Shown one piece after another: positions 46,687 to 58,987 of a stretch of DNA of 64,000 nucleotides. The DNA is from Cyanophora paradoxa CCMP329 (taxonomy: Eukaryota > Plantae > Glaucophyta), in contig QPMI01000058.1 in the NCBI GenBank assembly GCA_004431415.1, positions 345,599-409,598 of the forward strand. The letters are read 5' to 3'. Made by a program: the position numbers and the translations under genes. The notes beneath the pieces are model-generated. The model saw nothing but the letters and a program-made list of their open reading frames with translations. It was not told the DNA's origin and made no database searches. Positions within the stretch are counted from its first letter, which is position 1, and the number at the start of each line of letters is the position of its first letter.

Positions 46687-47429
46687 GGCGGCCGGTCGAC
46701 GTCAGTGACGCCGCAAGCCCCGCCTGCCCCGCCTCGAGCTCGCCGAACCAGCTGCAGCTGATCGAGCCCAGCCCAGGCTGGTACCAGCCTCTCCTCCGCT
46801 CCGAGGCTCTCTCCAGTGCCCCTCGCCTCGCCTCGCCCGGGTTGCCCCCCTTCAAGCTTCCGGTCCCCGGGCCCCCCTTTGTCACAGTGTGCACCACTTG
46901 CACACCACGCGGCCACCGTGCCACCAGTGCCCCGGGCCCACCACGTACGCATGCTTACTAAAGTTAGTACTAGTAGGTTAGCCCAGGCACTGCGGCATGC
47001 GGCATCATGGCATATGAACGGAACAGGGACACTGCAGTTGCACTGCCCCTGTTGGAGGGGAAGGACCTCTAAAGGTCAGCCTCTGGTCTCAATTCTGACC
47101 GAAGGGAAGAAGAGACCAGAGGCTCTAGTATCCACTTTTGATCCACAAATCGAGGTTCCTCTCGAGGTTTTGGGTATTAGGTATGCTATGGATCGCTGTT
47201 AAAGATTCCGTGATGTCATTATGATGTCATTATGACAATGACCTATTGTTAAAAGATTCGGAGATGTCACTATGACGATCAATAGGTGTTAATAGATTCT
47301 GTCAGCTGACTGTGGTAGGGTACGGTGATATTGTGAAGTTCTGCAGCCTCTTACTGGGCTTGGTGGTGAACAGGCGGCATCGCTGGCCGGCGGTCGCGAT
47401 CGTTCGCGATCGCGCATCGGGTTCATTAG

Positions 47430-50400
47430 AAATACGTATCCCACATTGCCGTCCGCCACATACCCCTCTGCGCTTGTCATCTTGCAGCTGAGGTGCTCTG
47501 CCGCTTCAACTGTTGCGCGCGTGTCGCCGACGCTTGCCATCGCTTTCCCGGTATCGATGGCATCGTCGGAACGGCCGGCAAGTCGGGAAGTGCCGGCAGT
47601 TCCCGTGCTGTGTGGGTGCCGGCCCGGGGCTGGCGTTCAATGCGCCCCTTGCGTGGGCCGCATCCTGCAGCAGACGTTCCCCGAAGGCGCCGCTACACCC
47701 GTCGATGACCTCGTTGCCGGGCTGTATCGGAGCGCGGTTCGTCCTGTCAGTGTTTTGCGCCGTCGTACGCGCGCGTTTCCTCCGTAATCGTATACGTATT
47801 TCGTGCCGCAGTTAGTGCTCGCACGCGATGATCAGAGCCGCGTCGTTGAGTGGCCAGTGGCCGACTCTGCGCTCCTCTTACTGTGCCACGCCGTCACTTG
47901 TATCTCTGCCCTTTCAGCGGAGGATCGGGCGAAAGTCATCGCTTTGGCTGCCGCGGACCAGGTGCATTCCGCCCGTTCGTCTCTCTTTGGAGATGGCACG
48001 GCCTGATCGAGAGCGTGGTTACTGATTTGCAGCGGATTTCTAGGATGCTCACCGCCGCTAACATCGATCTCGCGAATATCGATGTCGACGAAATGGGGCA
48101 GAGATATGAGGTGTGCATGTACGATTGCCTTTTCATAGATCTGCGGCCAGCCATATCATGATACCTGCCTCTCTGATGTCACAGAGCGAGTTGACGGAGT
48201 TTGCAAGTGCTGATTCCGCCGCCCGGATGGCCCTTGATCCTGGTCAAATCTATGAACATTGCCAGTTTCTGGCTGAGGTCCAGCTAACGCGGTACAACTT
48301 CAAGAGCGCGGGAATGTCGCACTGGTGGGTTTTTTGTGCCTGTTATTTGCGCATTCGTCCCCTCGTTCTCTGTTGATCGCCTGAACCTTGCAGGTTGGCA
48401 TGTCCTTTCAGCAGACGATCCTCAAGCTGAATTCAAGCATTCCGTCGTACCCCGTTCTTCATTATACCCTGGCGCTGTCCCGGCTGGAGCAGGGGATATC
48501 TCCGGTGCTACGTATTGGGCTGAGGCGCGGGGAAGCTGCTTGCTCTGTCTTTCGCGTGGCGCGTTACTAGTTGCTGACTTAGAGCGTGCAGGCCGCATTC
48601 AAGCTTATCAGGGACACCGACGCGACCGAAAGCAAGCGCTGCTGTGTATGGATCACTTGTTCATTAAGGTAGAGTGCCTGATCCGGCGACTGGCACTTTT
48701 GTCTGATGAGGTTCTCCGCTATTGCGAGGTTAGTAACCTCTCTATTCGCTATCTAGAATATGCATTCCCTCCCTAGGATATGCATTGTTGATTAACCGGC
48801 AGCTGCTGTGGTGGATCTCTGAGCGGTGTTGCGGGTCCTGCCTACTGTCGCAATACCGTCTCGAGCGAGCTGCTTCCACTCTTGGCACTATGTTCATGTG
48901 GGTGGACCGGTCGAGCGACGCAAGCAACGTCTACCAAGTTAGTGTGGCTCACGTGCATTGCTTTCGCTTCTTCTTTGACACGGGGCTGATTTGCAGAAAT
49001 TCGTGATGCTCACCGAGGAGAAAATCGGCAAGCATACTGTGCACTATGTAAGGGCACTCATGCATGGTGCTGCTTTCAACGAGAAGGTTCTCAAGCGCAT
49101 CGACAGAGCCCAGTCGCTTACCAAGGTGCATAATTGCCTTGGCTGATGTAGTCGGGGCGTGCAATGTGGCTGTAATTGAACTCGTGCAGATAGCGATACT
49201 GATCGCAGCCGACGTCGACCGGAACCTGTTAACCTTCCGCGAGAACGGACGGGTGTGTCACGGCGCTCTCGCGATAATAACGTGCCTCGTTCGCTGATGT
49301 TGCCTTGCCATGGATATTCTCACTGTGTCTATCTGGTAGATTGCGCGACTCTACGTGAACCTTTCGGATTACAATCTTCTACCGGTCGAACAAGTTCGTC
49401 GCCGTCAGGGGCAGTGCCCCCTGTATAGGTCATACATAGGGTTCAGGAGTGCATCGACTGTCCTCTTTCTTCCCCACTTCCCTGAACTGGGCTTGTTTTT
49501 ATATGCTGTCCATTGAATGACGTGATTGAGCGTCTGTATGTGCTCGTGTACAGCAGTTCGCTGAATTTAGGGACTTTTGCATCCAGTGACGTTAGCTGGT
49601 TGCCTCTGGTTCGCCCTCCGGGTCCCTGCCTCGTTGTTCGAGTGCCTACTGTGCTTTCCGCGTCCCGCCTCGCGTTCGATGGGTGGTGCCGCTATCCTGC
49701 TTCCATCCGGGCAATGAACGGTCGTTTGTCTCGTGCGGCATCTACGGCATGCAGACACGCTGAATGCTGCAATGAGCTCACGCGTATACGTATGTATACG
49801 CGAATGCGGGGAACCGACTTGATTATCTGTGTACCCGGCACTTCGTTCACCGGCCCTCCTTGTCACTGTTCGGCGCTCGTTGTCCGTTTTTGAGCCGCTG
49901 CTGGTTGATGCGATCGGGCGGGCGCTTCTTCACCATCTGCCGTATTGTCCCTGCCGTGTGATGCCTCCCAAGAGAAGGTGTGTAACCGTAGCGGTTTCAA
50001 GCACTTTCGTCAAAGTGATCTGATCGCCGAGCCGTAGCTCATCTGTTTTGAACTCGGCCGGACGCGAGGCTGCCGTCTCTGTTCCGGCTGAGGGCTACGG
50101 GCAACTGACGAGCATGTTGACGTGTGTCCCTTTTTGCGTCTGCCGCTGGGTGTCTTTATTCTTGACGCACGTTTGCCTAGGGGATGGAGAATGCGCGTGG
50201 AACTCCAATTGGGAAGCGCGGCAAGGGGAATCAAGCGCGGCAGAGGACGATCAGCCGGCCGCATTCAGAACAGACAGTCCCATCCTCCAAGGATTGGCTA
50301 ACGGTGAAAGCGTAATGATTGCGTTGGTTATGGTTTTTCTAGCTTCGTGTGCTGACATGAGACGCGCAGGACGTTCACGTTGCCTGCACGACATCTGGGG

Positions 50401-51053
50401 CTCTCAAGTCCAAGAAGTACAATCACTTGCTTCAGCGCGTGATGCTCGCGTACCCGATGCACGAGCAGCTGCTCCTGCAGTCTCTACGCAGCCTGAGTAC
50501 TCCAGATAGAGCGGCGAACCTTATGTTGAATGGTGGTAGTGCTGTGTGCTTTTCGTGTCCTGTTACTACAGGGGACAACGTTGATCCCCGCGGATTTGGA
50601 GAGCATTTTTGCCTGATGTCCGTAATGAAGGAGTTGAAGCAAATTCGCTGGTTCGATTCGAAAGGAGACGGCATGCCGGAAGAGCTAGAGGTAGAGCTAC
50701 ATCGTCTTTTCCCAGATTATATCTGCACTCTTGCAGTTCCACCTGGCTTCAAGCTGCAGACTGGAGTGATTAATTGCGGCGATTGGGTTTGTGTCTGCTT
50801 CGAAGCTACTTTGGAGGAGCTTGATATTGGCATGAGCTCGCCTGTCTGGCCTGCTGCAGTCGATTGGATTGCCCTCGATATTGCGAACTTCAGCGTTGAG
50901 GAGATGACGAAGGTCATGACGATATCAAGATCGAACCACACCTTTATTTCGCGCAAACGCAAGACTTCCATCGCTCTGATGGAGGAGCAAGTTATGAAGT
51001 CCACGGACCAAGTTCCTGCGTTGGACTTTTCTGCATGTTCGTCCTGCCTATAG
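47430..51053 (+). mobile_element. Degenerate transposon-like multi-exon region (possibly KDZ/Zisupton-like) carrying a Ulp1 protease
   Basis: Lower GC than host genes. Cys/His fragments (LCMDHLF; FECLLC.P..LAFDG across a frameshift at ~49660). Ulp1 motifs downstream. Short repeats at 47197-47300. Confidence 0.35.
50427..51053 (+). CDS. Ulp1/C48-like cysteine peptidase domain
   Basis: EHFCL...IRWFDS...LQTGVINCGDWVC, i.e. His-Asp-Gln-Cys in Ulp1 order. Confidence 0.7.
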   Translation: MLQRVMLAYPMHEQLLLQSLRSLSTPDRAANLMLNGGSAVCFSCPVTTGDNVDPRGFGEHFCLMSVMKELKQIRWFDSKGDGMPEELEVELHRLFPDYICTLAVPPGFKLQTGVINCGDWVCVCFEATLEELDIGMSSPVWPAAVDWIALDIANFSVEEMTKVMTISRSNHTFISRKRKTSIALMEEQVMKSTDQVPALDFSACSSCL

Positions 51054-51375
51054 CGGTATATGTCTACTTTCCTGTTATCCCTTGGATGATGTTTTCATTG
51101 CGGCAGGTGTGATGCCCTCCACTATTTTTTCGTCGGACTAAACTTCTGGAAGCTTAAGGTCTGTGGCTGCATGACTGCCAGCGCCGCGGCGCTGCTCTCA
51201 CTTCTGAGAAGCCAGCTAGTATTACACTTGTATTCGTACAATTTAGTTTGTCGGCCGCGGGGCGGGCGTGCGGGGCGGGGCGGGCGGGGCGGGTCAGGGC
51301 GGCCACGGGCAGGGCGGACGCTGGGTGGGCGGGGCGGCCGCTGGGCGGCCTGTGGGGTGGCCGGTGCGGATAGTC

Positions 51376-52712
51376 CCGGCCGTCCCGGTCAGCCGCGAAA
51401 GCGCCTCGAGTTGGGTTGCCTGCGCTCACCTAGTCGCGCGGGCGCGGCGTCGAAGGGCGGGGAGGTGCGCACGAAGCGAGAGATGAGCCGCCGCTATGCC
51501 CCGGCCGCCGCCGGCGCGAGGACGCTGCGAGTTCACCTCCCTGTGCCCGCCCGTCGCGCGAGGCGTGGACGCGGAGAGCACAGTATGCACCCGCTGCGTC
51601 CGGGCCGCGCCCGCCGCGAAGGCGCCGCGACTCGGTGAGGCGAGCTACCTGCGCCCGTCCGGTCGCACAGGGCGCGGCGTGGAAGGGCGGGGAGGGCCGC
51701 ACCAAGCGAGACATGGGCCGCCGCTGCACCCCGGCCGCCACGGCCCTGACGCGAATTGAAGGCGCCGCGAGTTGGGTCGCCTGCGTTCACCTCGTCGCGC
51801 GGGGCGCGGCGCTGAAGGTCGGGGAGGCGCGCACTAAGCAAGAGATGGGCCGCCGCTGCGTTCCGGCCGCCCCCGCCGCGCGGGCGTCGTGAGTCGAGAT
51901 CCCTGCGCCCGTTCCGTCGCGCGAGGCGCGGCGCCGAAGTGCTTGGAGGCCCGCACCAAGTAAGAGATGGTCCGCCGCTAGCACTGCGCCCTGCGAGGCG
52001 GGTCGACTGCGCTCGGCTTGTCGCGCGGGGCGCGGCGGTGAATGGCGGGGAGGCGCGCACGAAGCTATAGATGGGCCGCCGCTGCGTCCCGGTCGCCCCC
52101 GCCGCGAAGGCACCGCGAGTAGAGCTACCTGCGCCCGCTCCGTCGCGCAGGGCGCGGCTGGAAGGGCGGGAGGTTCGCACCAAGCGAGACATGGCCCGCC
52201 GCTGCACCCCGGGCGCCCCGGCCCTGGCGCGAAGGCGCTGCGGGTCGGGTCGCCTGCCCTCACCTCGTCGCGCGGGCGCGGCGCTTAAGGGCGGGGAGGC
52301 GCGCACCAAGCGAGAGATGGTCCGCCGCTGCGTTCCGGCCGCCCATGCCGCGCGGGCGTCTTGAGTCGAGATCCATGCGCCCGCTCCGTCGCGCGAGGCG
52401 CGGCGCCGCAGTGCGGGAGGCCCGCACCAAGTAAGAGATGGGCTGCCGCTGCGCCCTGCGAGTGGGGTTGCCTGCGCTCTGCTTGTCGCGCGGGGCGCGG
52501 TGGCGAAGGTTGGGGAGGCGCGCACCATGCGAGAGATGACCCGCCGCTGCGCTCCAGGCGGCTTACTATATTCTAGTCCATGTCCTAGCTAACGAACTTC
52601 GTACCGTGGACTGAAAGCAAGATGGCGAATAAGACCCACTCCCTGGATTCGAACCAGGGTCTATGCGATGTGAGCAGCCGTTCCGGACGGCTGGTCTAGA
52701 TCTTCGGGTACC
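51376..52712. repeat. Composite unit 1: GC-rich ~120-bp minisatellite plus tRNA-like end
   Basis: About 9-10 recurrences of CACCAAGCGAGA[CG]ATGG. The whole unit is repeated at 53016-54474. Confidence 0.85.
52633..52712 (-). ncRNA. tRNA-derived (B-box-containing) sequence, probably not a functional tRNA
   Basis: Minus strand CCCTGGTTCGAATCCAGGG is a perfect T-arm. D and anticodon arms are degenerate and contain a palindrome. Confidence 0.45.
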
Positions 52713-53015
52713 GAATATCCAAGCTTCCGCCCGAACCATTTGGCCGTTGTCGCCGGTCATTTTCTCTTCGGGCGGCCTACGTAGTCCATGTCCTAGGTAA
52801 TGAACTGGTAGTTATTTATCCTCTGCTAAACAATCAACGTGTGCGCCCGCAAGGAATCTATGTATCTATCTAGACCGCCGCCAGGGCTGTGGCCCCGCTG
52901 CCGTGCTTGCAGCTGCGAACTTCAGGGCTTGGCCTCTGCTTGCAGCTGCGGACTTGGCCTCTGTGACCGCCGCCGACGCACTCTAGCTTGGGATTTTGTT
53001 CTCAATTGCTATCCT

Positions 53016-54474
53016 CCGGCCGTCCCGGTCCAGTCGCGAAGGCGCCTCGAGTTGGGTTGCCTGCGCTCACCTAGTCGCACGGGGCGCTGCGTCGAAGGCG
53101 GGTAGGTGCGCACGAAGCGAGAGATGATCCGCCGCTATGTCCCGGCCGCCGCCGCCGCGAGGACGCTGCGAGTTCACCTCCCTGCGCCCGCCCGTCGCGC
53201 GAGGCACGGACGCGGAGAGCACAGTAGGCACCCGCTGCGTCCCGGCCGCGCCCGCCGCGAAGGCGCCGCGAGGCGAGCGACCTGCGCCCGTCCGGTCGCA
53301 CGGGGCGCGGAGGGAAGGGCGGGAGGAACGCACCAAGCGAGACATGGGCCGCCGCTGCACCCCGGCCGCCACGGCCCTGACGCGAAGGCGCCGCGAGTTG
53401 GGTCGCCTGCGTTCACCTTGTCGCGCGGGGCGCGGCGCTGAAGGTCGGGGAGGCGCGCACCAAGCAAGAGATGGGCCGCCGCTGCGTTCCGGCCGCCTCC
53501 GCCGCGCGGGCGTCGTGAGTCGAGACCCCTGCGTCCGCCCCGTCGCGCGAGGCGCGGTGTCGAAGTGCGGGGAGGCGGGCACCAAGCGAGAGATGTGCCG
53601 CCGCTGCGTTCCGGCCGCCGCCGCCGCGCGGGCGTCGTGAGTCGAGATCCCTGCGCCCGCCCCGTCGCGAGGCGCGGCGCTGAAGGTCGGGGAGGCGCGC
53701 ACCAAGCAAGAGATGGGCCGCCGCTGCGTTCCGGCCGCCCCCGCCGCGCGGGCGTCGTGAGTCGAGACCCCTGCACCCGCCCCGTCGCGCGAGGCGCGGC
53801 GCCGAAGTGCTTGGAGGCCCGCACCGAGTAAGAGATGGTCCGCCGCTAGCACTGCGCCCTGCGAGGCGGGTCGACTGCGCTCGGCTTGTCGCGCGGGGCG
53901 CGGCGGTGAATGGCGGGGAGGCGCGCACGAAGCTATAGATGGGCCGCCGCTGCGTCCCGGTCGCCCCCGCCGTTAAGGCGCCGCGAGTAGAGCTACCTGC
54001 GCCCGCCCCGTCGCGCAGGGCGCGGCGGGGAAGGGCGGGAGGTTCGCACCAAGCGAGACATGGCCCGCCGCTGCACCCCGGGCGCCCCGGCCCTGGCGCG
54101 AAGGCGCTGCGAGTCGGGCCCTCACCTGTCGTGCGGGGCGCGGCGCTGAAGGGCGGGGAGGCGCGCACCAAGCGAGAGATGGGTCGCCGCTGCGTTCCGG
54201 CCGCCTCCGCCGCGCGGGCGTCGCGAGTCGAGATCCTTGTGCCCGCCCGTCGCGCGAGGCGCGGTGGCGAAGGGTGGGAGGCGCGCACCAAGCGAGAGAT
54301 GACCCGCCGCTGCGCCCCGGGCGGCTTACTATATTCTAGTCCATGTCCTAGCTAACGAACTTTGTACCGTGGACTGAAAGCAAGATGGCGAATAAGACTC
54401 ACTCTGTGGATTCGAACCAGGGTCTATGCGATGTGAGCAGCCGTCCGGGACGGCTGGTCTAGATCTACGGGTAC
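53016..54474. repeat. Composite unit 2: GC-rich ~120-bp minisatellite plus tRNA-like end
   Basis: Diverged direct copy of 51376-52712 with a different monomer number. Confidence 0.85.
54396..54474 (-). ncRNA. tRNA-derived sequence, copy 2
   Basis: GGTTCGAATCC B-box on the minus strand, same context as copy 1. Confidence 0.4.
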
Positions 54475-55729
54475 TGCATATTGACGGGCCCGGCCTGCCG
54501 GTCAGCTGGTCGTTGATATTGACGCGGCCGCGCAGTTGCTCGGCCACAGGTACGGTCCGCGCTTTTATGTCATCGTGAGAGCCTCATGGCTGAGCTTCCG
54601 AAGGAATGTGTCGGGTGGGATGGTGCTAGGTATCCATGCCGGTGCGACAAGAATGAGCGATGAGCTCATTGTTCATCTGGACCGCGGTTTACCGTGCGTT
54701 CCTTCCTCCGCGCATGGCCATGGGTTGTGCTTGTCTTTCTAACATGGAGTGCTTTCTTCTTCCGCGCGAAGCTATTGTGAGCGGACTACGATGGCATGGC
54801 GATTACAGGTTGACCGCGTCGACGTCCCGTCGTGGGTGTCGCCCTCACGGGCAACGACAGATGGATGACCACGCGGGGTCGTCGCATCCTAGTTATAGTC
54901 TACGGCGAACACGGCTCAAGAATGAGTGCCACCGTGCGCCCGTTTTCTGCGCATGTGCAGTGTTGATTCCGCTAACATCGGTCGCCCAAGGTTTAGGCTG
55001 CTGCCCTCGCATGTTCCTGATCGCAGGTTCCAGTGGCCTTCAAGCGTCTTGTCTTTAAGCGTCTACCGTCGCTGCTGCCGCCTTCAAGCGATCGCCGCTG
55101 TCTTCAAGCGTCGCCACCTTCCCGCCTCCTTCGAGCGTCTCGCGTTGTGCTGCCCTTCCCCGCGCCTCCGCCCTTCCGCGTGGGGCCGCGGCGGTGGCAT
55201 GAGGGTGTGCCGACGCCGCCTGCTCATGTTGGTCGAAGTGAGTCGAATGTTGTGTGATGTGCATGTTGTATTCTGTCACAGTGTTGCTATTTGTGGCATG
55301 TCTTATCTGTGTGGATGCCCGCGCGCGCCCTGCATTGCCACATGGGAGCTGGAAAATCACGGTGGCCGTGTGATTGGGGCAGCATGTGCGAGGCGCCGGA
55401 AGGCGGGTGGGCGGGGCCGGCGGGGTCCGCGAGCATGGCATTGAGGGCGGCCGGGGCGAGCTGATGACGTGCCTCTCAATGCGGAGGACGCTGTCCTCTG
55501 TCCCCCGGGACCGCAGCTACAGCGGGTCTGCCGGGGCGGGAGCCGGAATGCGTGGAAGGGGCGCAGGGGGCCGTAGGGGTGGCGTTGGCGAGCCGATGAC
55601 GTCTCCTTCGTCGTGTAGCACGCCGTCCTCGCCCTCCCTTGACTGCCTCTGCGGGGAGCATGTTTGAGCGGCGGGCGATGGGGGCCGTAATTGCTTGGCG
55701 CTGAAGGGTGGCGACGTCGGGTACTGCGC

Positions 55730-57680
55730 GTCTCCCTGCGCAGCATGGCGGCGGGGCGGCGGGGCGGGCGGGGCGGGTGGGGCGGGGCGGGGCGGCTCAC
55801 GAAGCTGGGCGGGGCGAAGCTCGAGGCTGCTCGCCGAGCTGTCGCTTGACGCGGCGTGCAGAGCCTTGCCTCCTGCGCGTCTCTCAGCGCTTCGCGGTGG
55901 CGGAGCGGGTGGGTCGGGCGGGCGGCTCACGATCCCGGCGGGGAGATGCTCGAGGCGCTCGCCGAGCTGCCGCTCGACGCGGCGTGCGGAGCCTTGCCTC
56001 CTGCGCGGCTCTCACCGCAGCATGGCGGCGGACGGGCGGGCGGGGCGCGGCGGGGCGGGTGGGCGGGGCGGGCGGCTCACGAAGCAGGCGGAGCTCAGCT
56101 CGAGGCTGCTCGCCGAGCTGCCGCTCGACGCGGCGTGCAGAGCCTTGCCTCCTGCGCGTATCTCAGGCTTCGCGGCGCGGAGCGGGGTGGGCTGGGCGGG
56201 CGACTCACGATCCCGGGCGGGGAAGCTCGAGGCCGGTCGCCGAGACCGGCAAGCGAGACATGGCCCGCCGCTGCAGAGGCCTTGCCTCCTGCGCGTCTCT
56301 CATCGCTTCGCGGCGGCGGAGTGGGTGGGGCTGGGCGGGGCGGCTCACGATCCCGGGCGGGGGAAGCTCGAGGCCGGTCGCCGAGCTGCCGCTCGACGCG
56401 GCGTGCGGAGGCCTTGCATCCTGCGCGTCTCTCAGCGCAGCATCCTGATCCTCCTCCTGTAGATGGGTGTAGGCGTCCGGATTCTTCATGATCAGCGACC
56501 TCGTGACGAAGCCGGGCGGGCGAGGCTCGATGCCGTTCGCCGAGCTGCCGCTCGACGTGGCGTGCAGCTGTCTTGTCTCCTGCTTGTCTTTCGGCGCGGC
56601 ATGGTGCGGGTGGGCGGGTGGGGGGGGGCGGGGCGGCTCACGAAGCCGGGCGGGGTGAATCTCGAGGCCGCTCGCCGAGCTGCCGCTCGGCTCGTCGTGC
56701 AGAGTCCTTGTTTCCTGCGCGTCTCTCAGCGCAGCATGGCGGCGGAGCGGGCGGAGTGGGGCGGGCGGCTCACGAGCCCGGTCGGGGGAAGCTCGAGGCC
56801 GCTCGCCGAGCGGCTGCTTGAAGCGGCGTGCGGAGGCCTTGCCTCCTGCTTGTCTCTCAGCGCAGCATGCGGCGGACGGGCCCGGGCGGGCGCGGCGGGG
56901 CGGCTCACGAAGCCGGGCGGGCGAAGCTCGAGGCCGCTCGCCGAGTTGCCGCTCGACGCGGCGTGCGGAGGCCTTGCCTCCTGCGCGTCTCTCAGCTCAG
57001 TATGGCGGCGGTCGGGGCGGGGCGGGGCGGGGCGGTGCGGGCGGGGCGGGCGGCTCACGAAGCCGGGCGGGCGAAGCTCGAGGCCGCTCGCCGAGTTGCC
57101 GCTCGACGCGGCGTGCGGAGGCCTTGCCTCCTGCGCGTCTCTCAGCTCAGTATGGCGGCGGTCGGGCGGGGCGGGGCGGGCGGTGCGGGGCGGGGCGGGG
57201 CTGCTCACTAAGCCGGCGGGCGAAGCTCGAGGCCGCTCGCCGAGTTGCCGCTCGACGCGGCGTGCGGAGGCCTTGCCGCAGTGCCTCCTGCTTGTCCCTC
57301 AGCGCAGCAGGCGCTCGTCGAGCTGCCGCTCGACGTGGCGTGCAGAGGCCTTGCCTCGTGCACTTTTCGCATCGCAGCATGGCGTCGGGCTGGGCGGGGC
57401 GGGCGGGCGGGTCGGCTTACGCACCCGGCAGGGTGAAGCTCGAGGCCGCTCGCCGAGCTGCCGCTCGACGCGGCGTGCAGATCTAGATGCCTTGTCTCCT
57501 GCGCGTCTCTTTGCGCAGCATGGCGGCGGGGCGGGAGGGGCGGGGCGGGACGGGGCGGCTCACGAACTCTGTGCGGGGCGAAGCTCAAGGCTGCGAGGCT
57601 AGGCCGCTCGTCGAGCTGCCGCTCGACGCGACGCGCAGAGGCCTTGCCTTCTGCGTGGCTCTCAGCGCAGCATGGAGGAT
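55730..57680 (-). repeat. Tandem array (~13 units of ~130-150 bp) of a 72-nt exon-like segment plus an intron-like segment
   Basis: Minus strand: CTGAGAGACGCGCAG|GAGGCAAGG...GGCTTC|GTGAGCCGCCCC. Confidence 0.8.
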
Positions 57681-58987
57681 GTCGCTGACGCTCCCGCAAC
57701 CTCGCCGGTGCTGAATGACTGAGAAAACGTCATTGCGCGCCGATCAGTACCGAGCCACAGATCGGGGATCAATATCTGCCGTCGAGTCAGAGGAGACACG
57801 CGAAGCGGCAAAACTGGTTCGCGATTCTCCCTGGGCCTCGGGCTGGAGAAGGCGACAGAATTCTCTGTGCCACCTGCGGGACGGTCGGGTGGAGCGCACT
57901 GCGGCACCCTCGCGTTCGAGGGCCCAGCATCTCGGTCTCCTTCTGTTGACAGTTGAGCGCGCGTGCTCAGGATCTCTCGGGCGCGAGGCGCACTTCCGGC
58001 TTTGCTTTGAGCGCCGCTTGGTCGAGCACGACGCGACTCGAGCTCGTATTGTGGACGGTGTACACCTCCGTCGTCCGCAGCTGTGGTTTTTCCTCCGTCC
58101 GCCGTCTGTAGCGTTTGCTCTCCGGTCTTATAGTGTACCCTTGTCTTGCTGCTTAGTTGCTTGGCACAGCATCGTCGTTCGGGCACGCAGAGAGCGCAGT
58201 TGCTTGGACACAGGCACATCGTATTGTGCCGCACGCTTGGCTAAGCCAGCGCTCGTTTTACTCGCGGTCGCAAGGGCTCCGTTACTTGCGGTCGCAAAGA
58301 CTCCGGGAGCTCAGTTTGGGTAGGCTCCCGGTGAGGCGTATAAGGTGACTATTTGATTCACGGAGTGCGGCTACTCCGTGGGACGCGACTTGATTCCTGG
58401 ACGCAGTACTAGTATAGTCACCGCGGCGCCTGTCGGATTGGACTCTGATGAGTGCGGCTGCCGTCAGCTCCGCTAGCGAAGGTGGTCGCAAATCTCTACA
58501 TTGTTAGCGTGTTCGGCGCGACCTGCCTTCTGCAACTGACTTGAGCATCATCGCTGCAGGCACTGCTCCTTCGTCAAACGAGTGCTTTCCGTCGCTAGCT
58601 CGTCTCTACCGATGAGAGCGCTGCCGCGCGGAAGACAGTTCTAAGGATCTTCCAGCAACCGCTGCGGACTCTACTCTGTCGCTGATGGTGCGTCATTTAT
58701 TTAATAAGTTGTCGTTTTTCTTTCTTATTCTCTTAGCGCATATTCTGATATATCTGAACGTTTTATCGGCCTGCGGCAGCGTTTCATAAGGAGCGGTTCG
58801 GCGAAATCTGGCTATTGGAACGCCTTTGAAACCAGCTGATTTCGATGATGATGAGCTTGTTGTTGAAGGTGGCCTTACTTTGGAACAACTGATGGTGATG
58901 ATCATGTTTTCGATGGTGACTTGTCTGATACTGTGATTGCTCTTCTGACGTTTATTTCGCAATTGCGATTGACAGCAATTATATCAG

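Noticed and set aside
51171-54355. ORFs spanning the GC-rich minisatellites
   Set aside because: Frames shift between monomers and there is no consistent coding signal.
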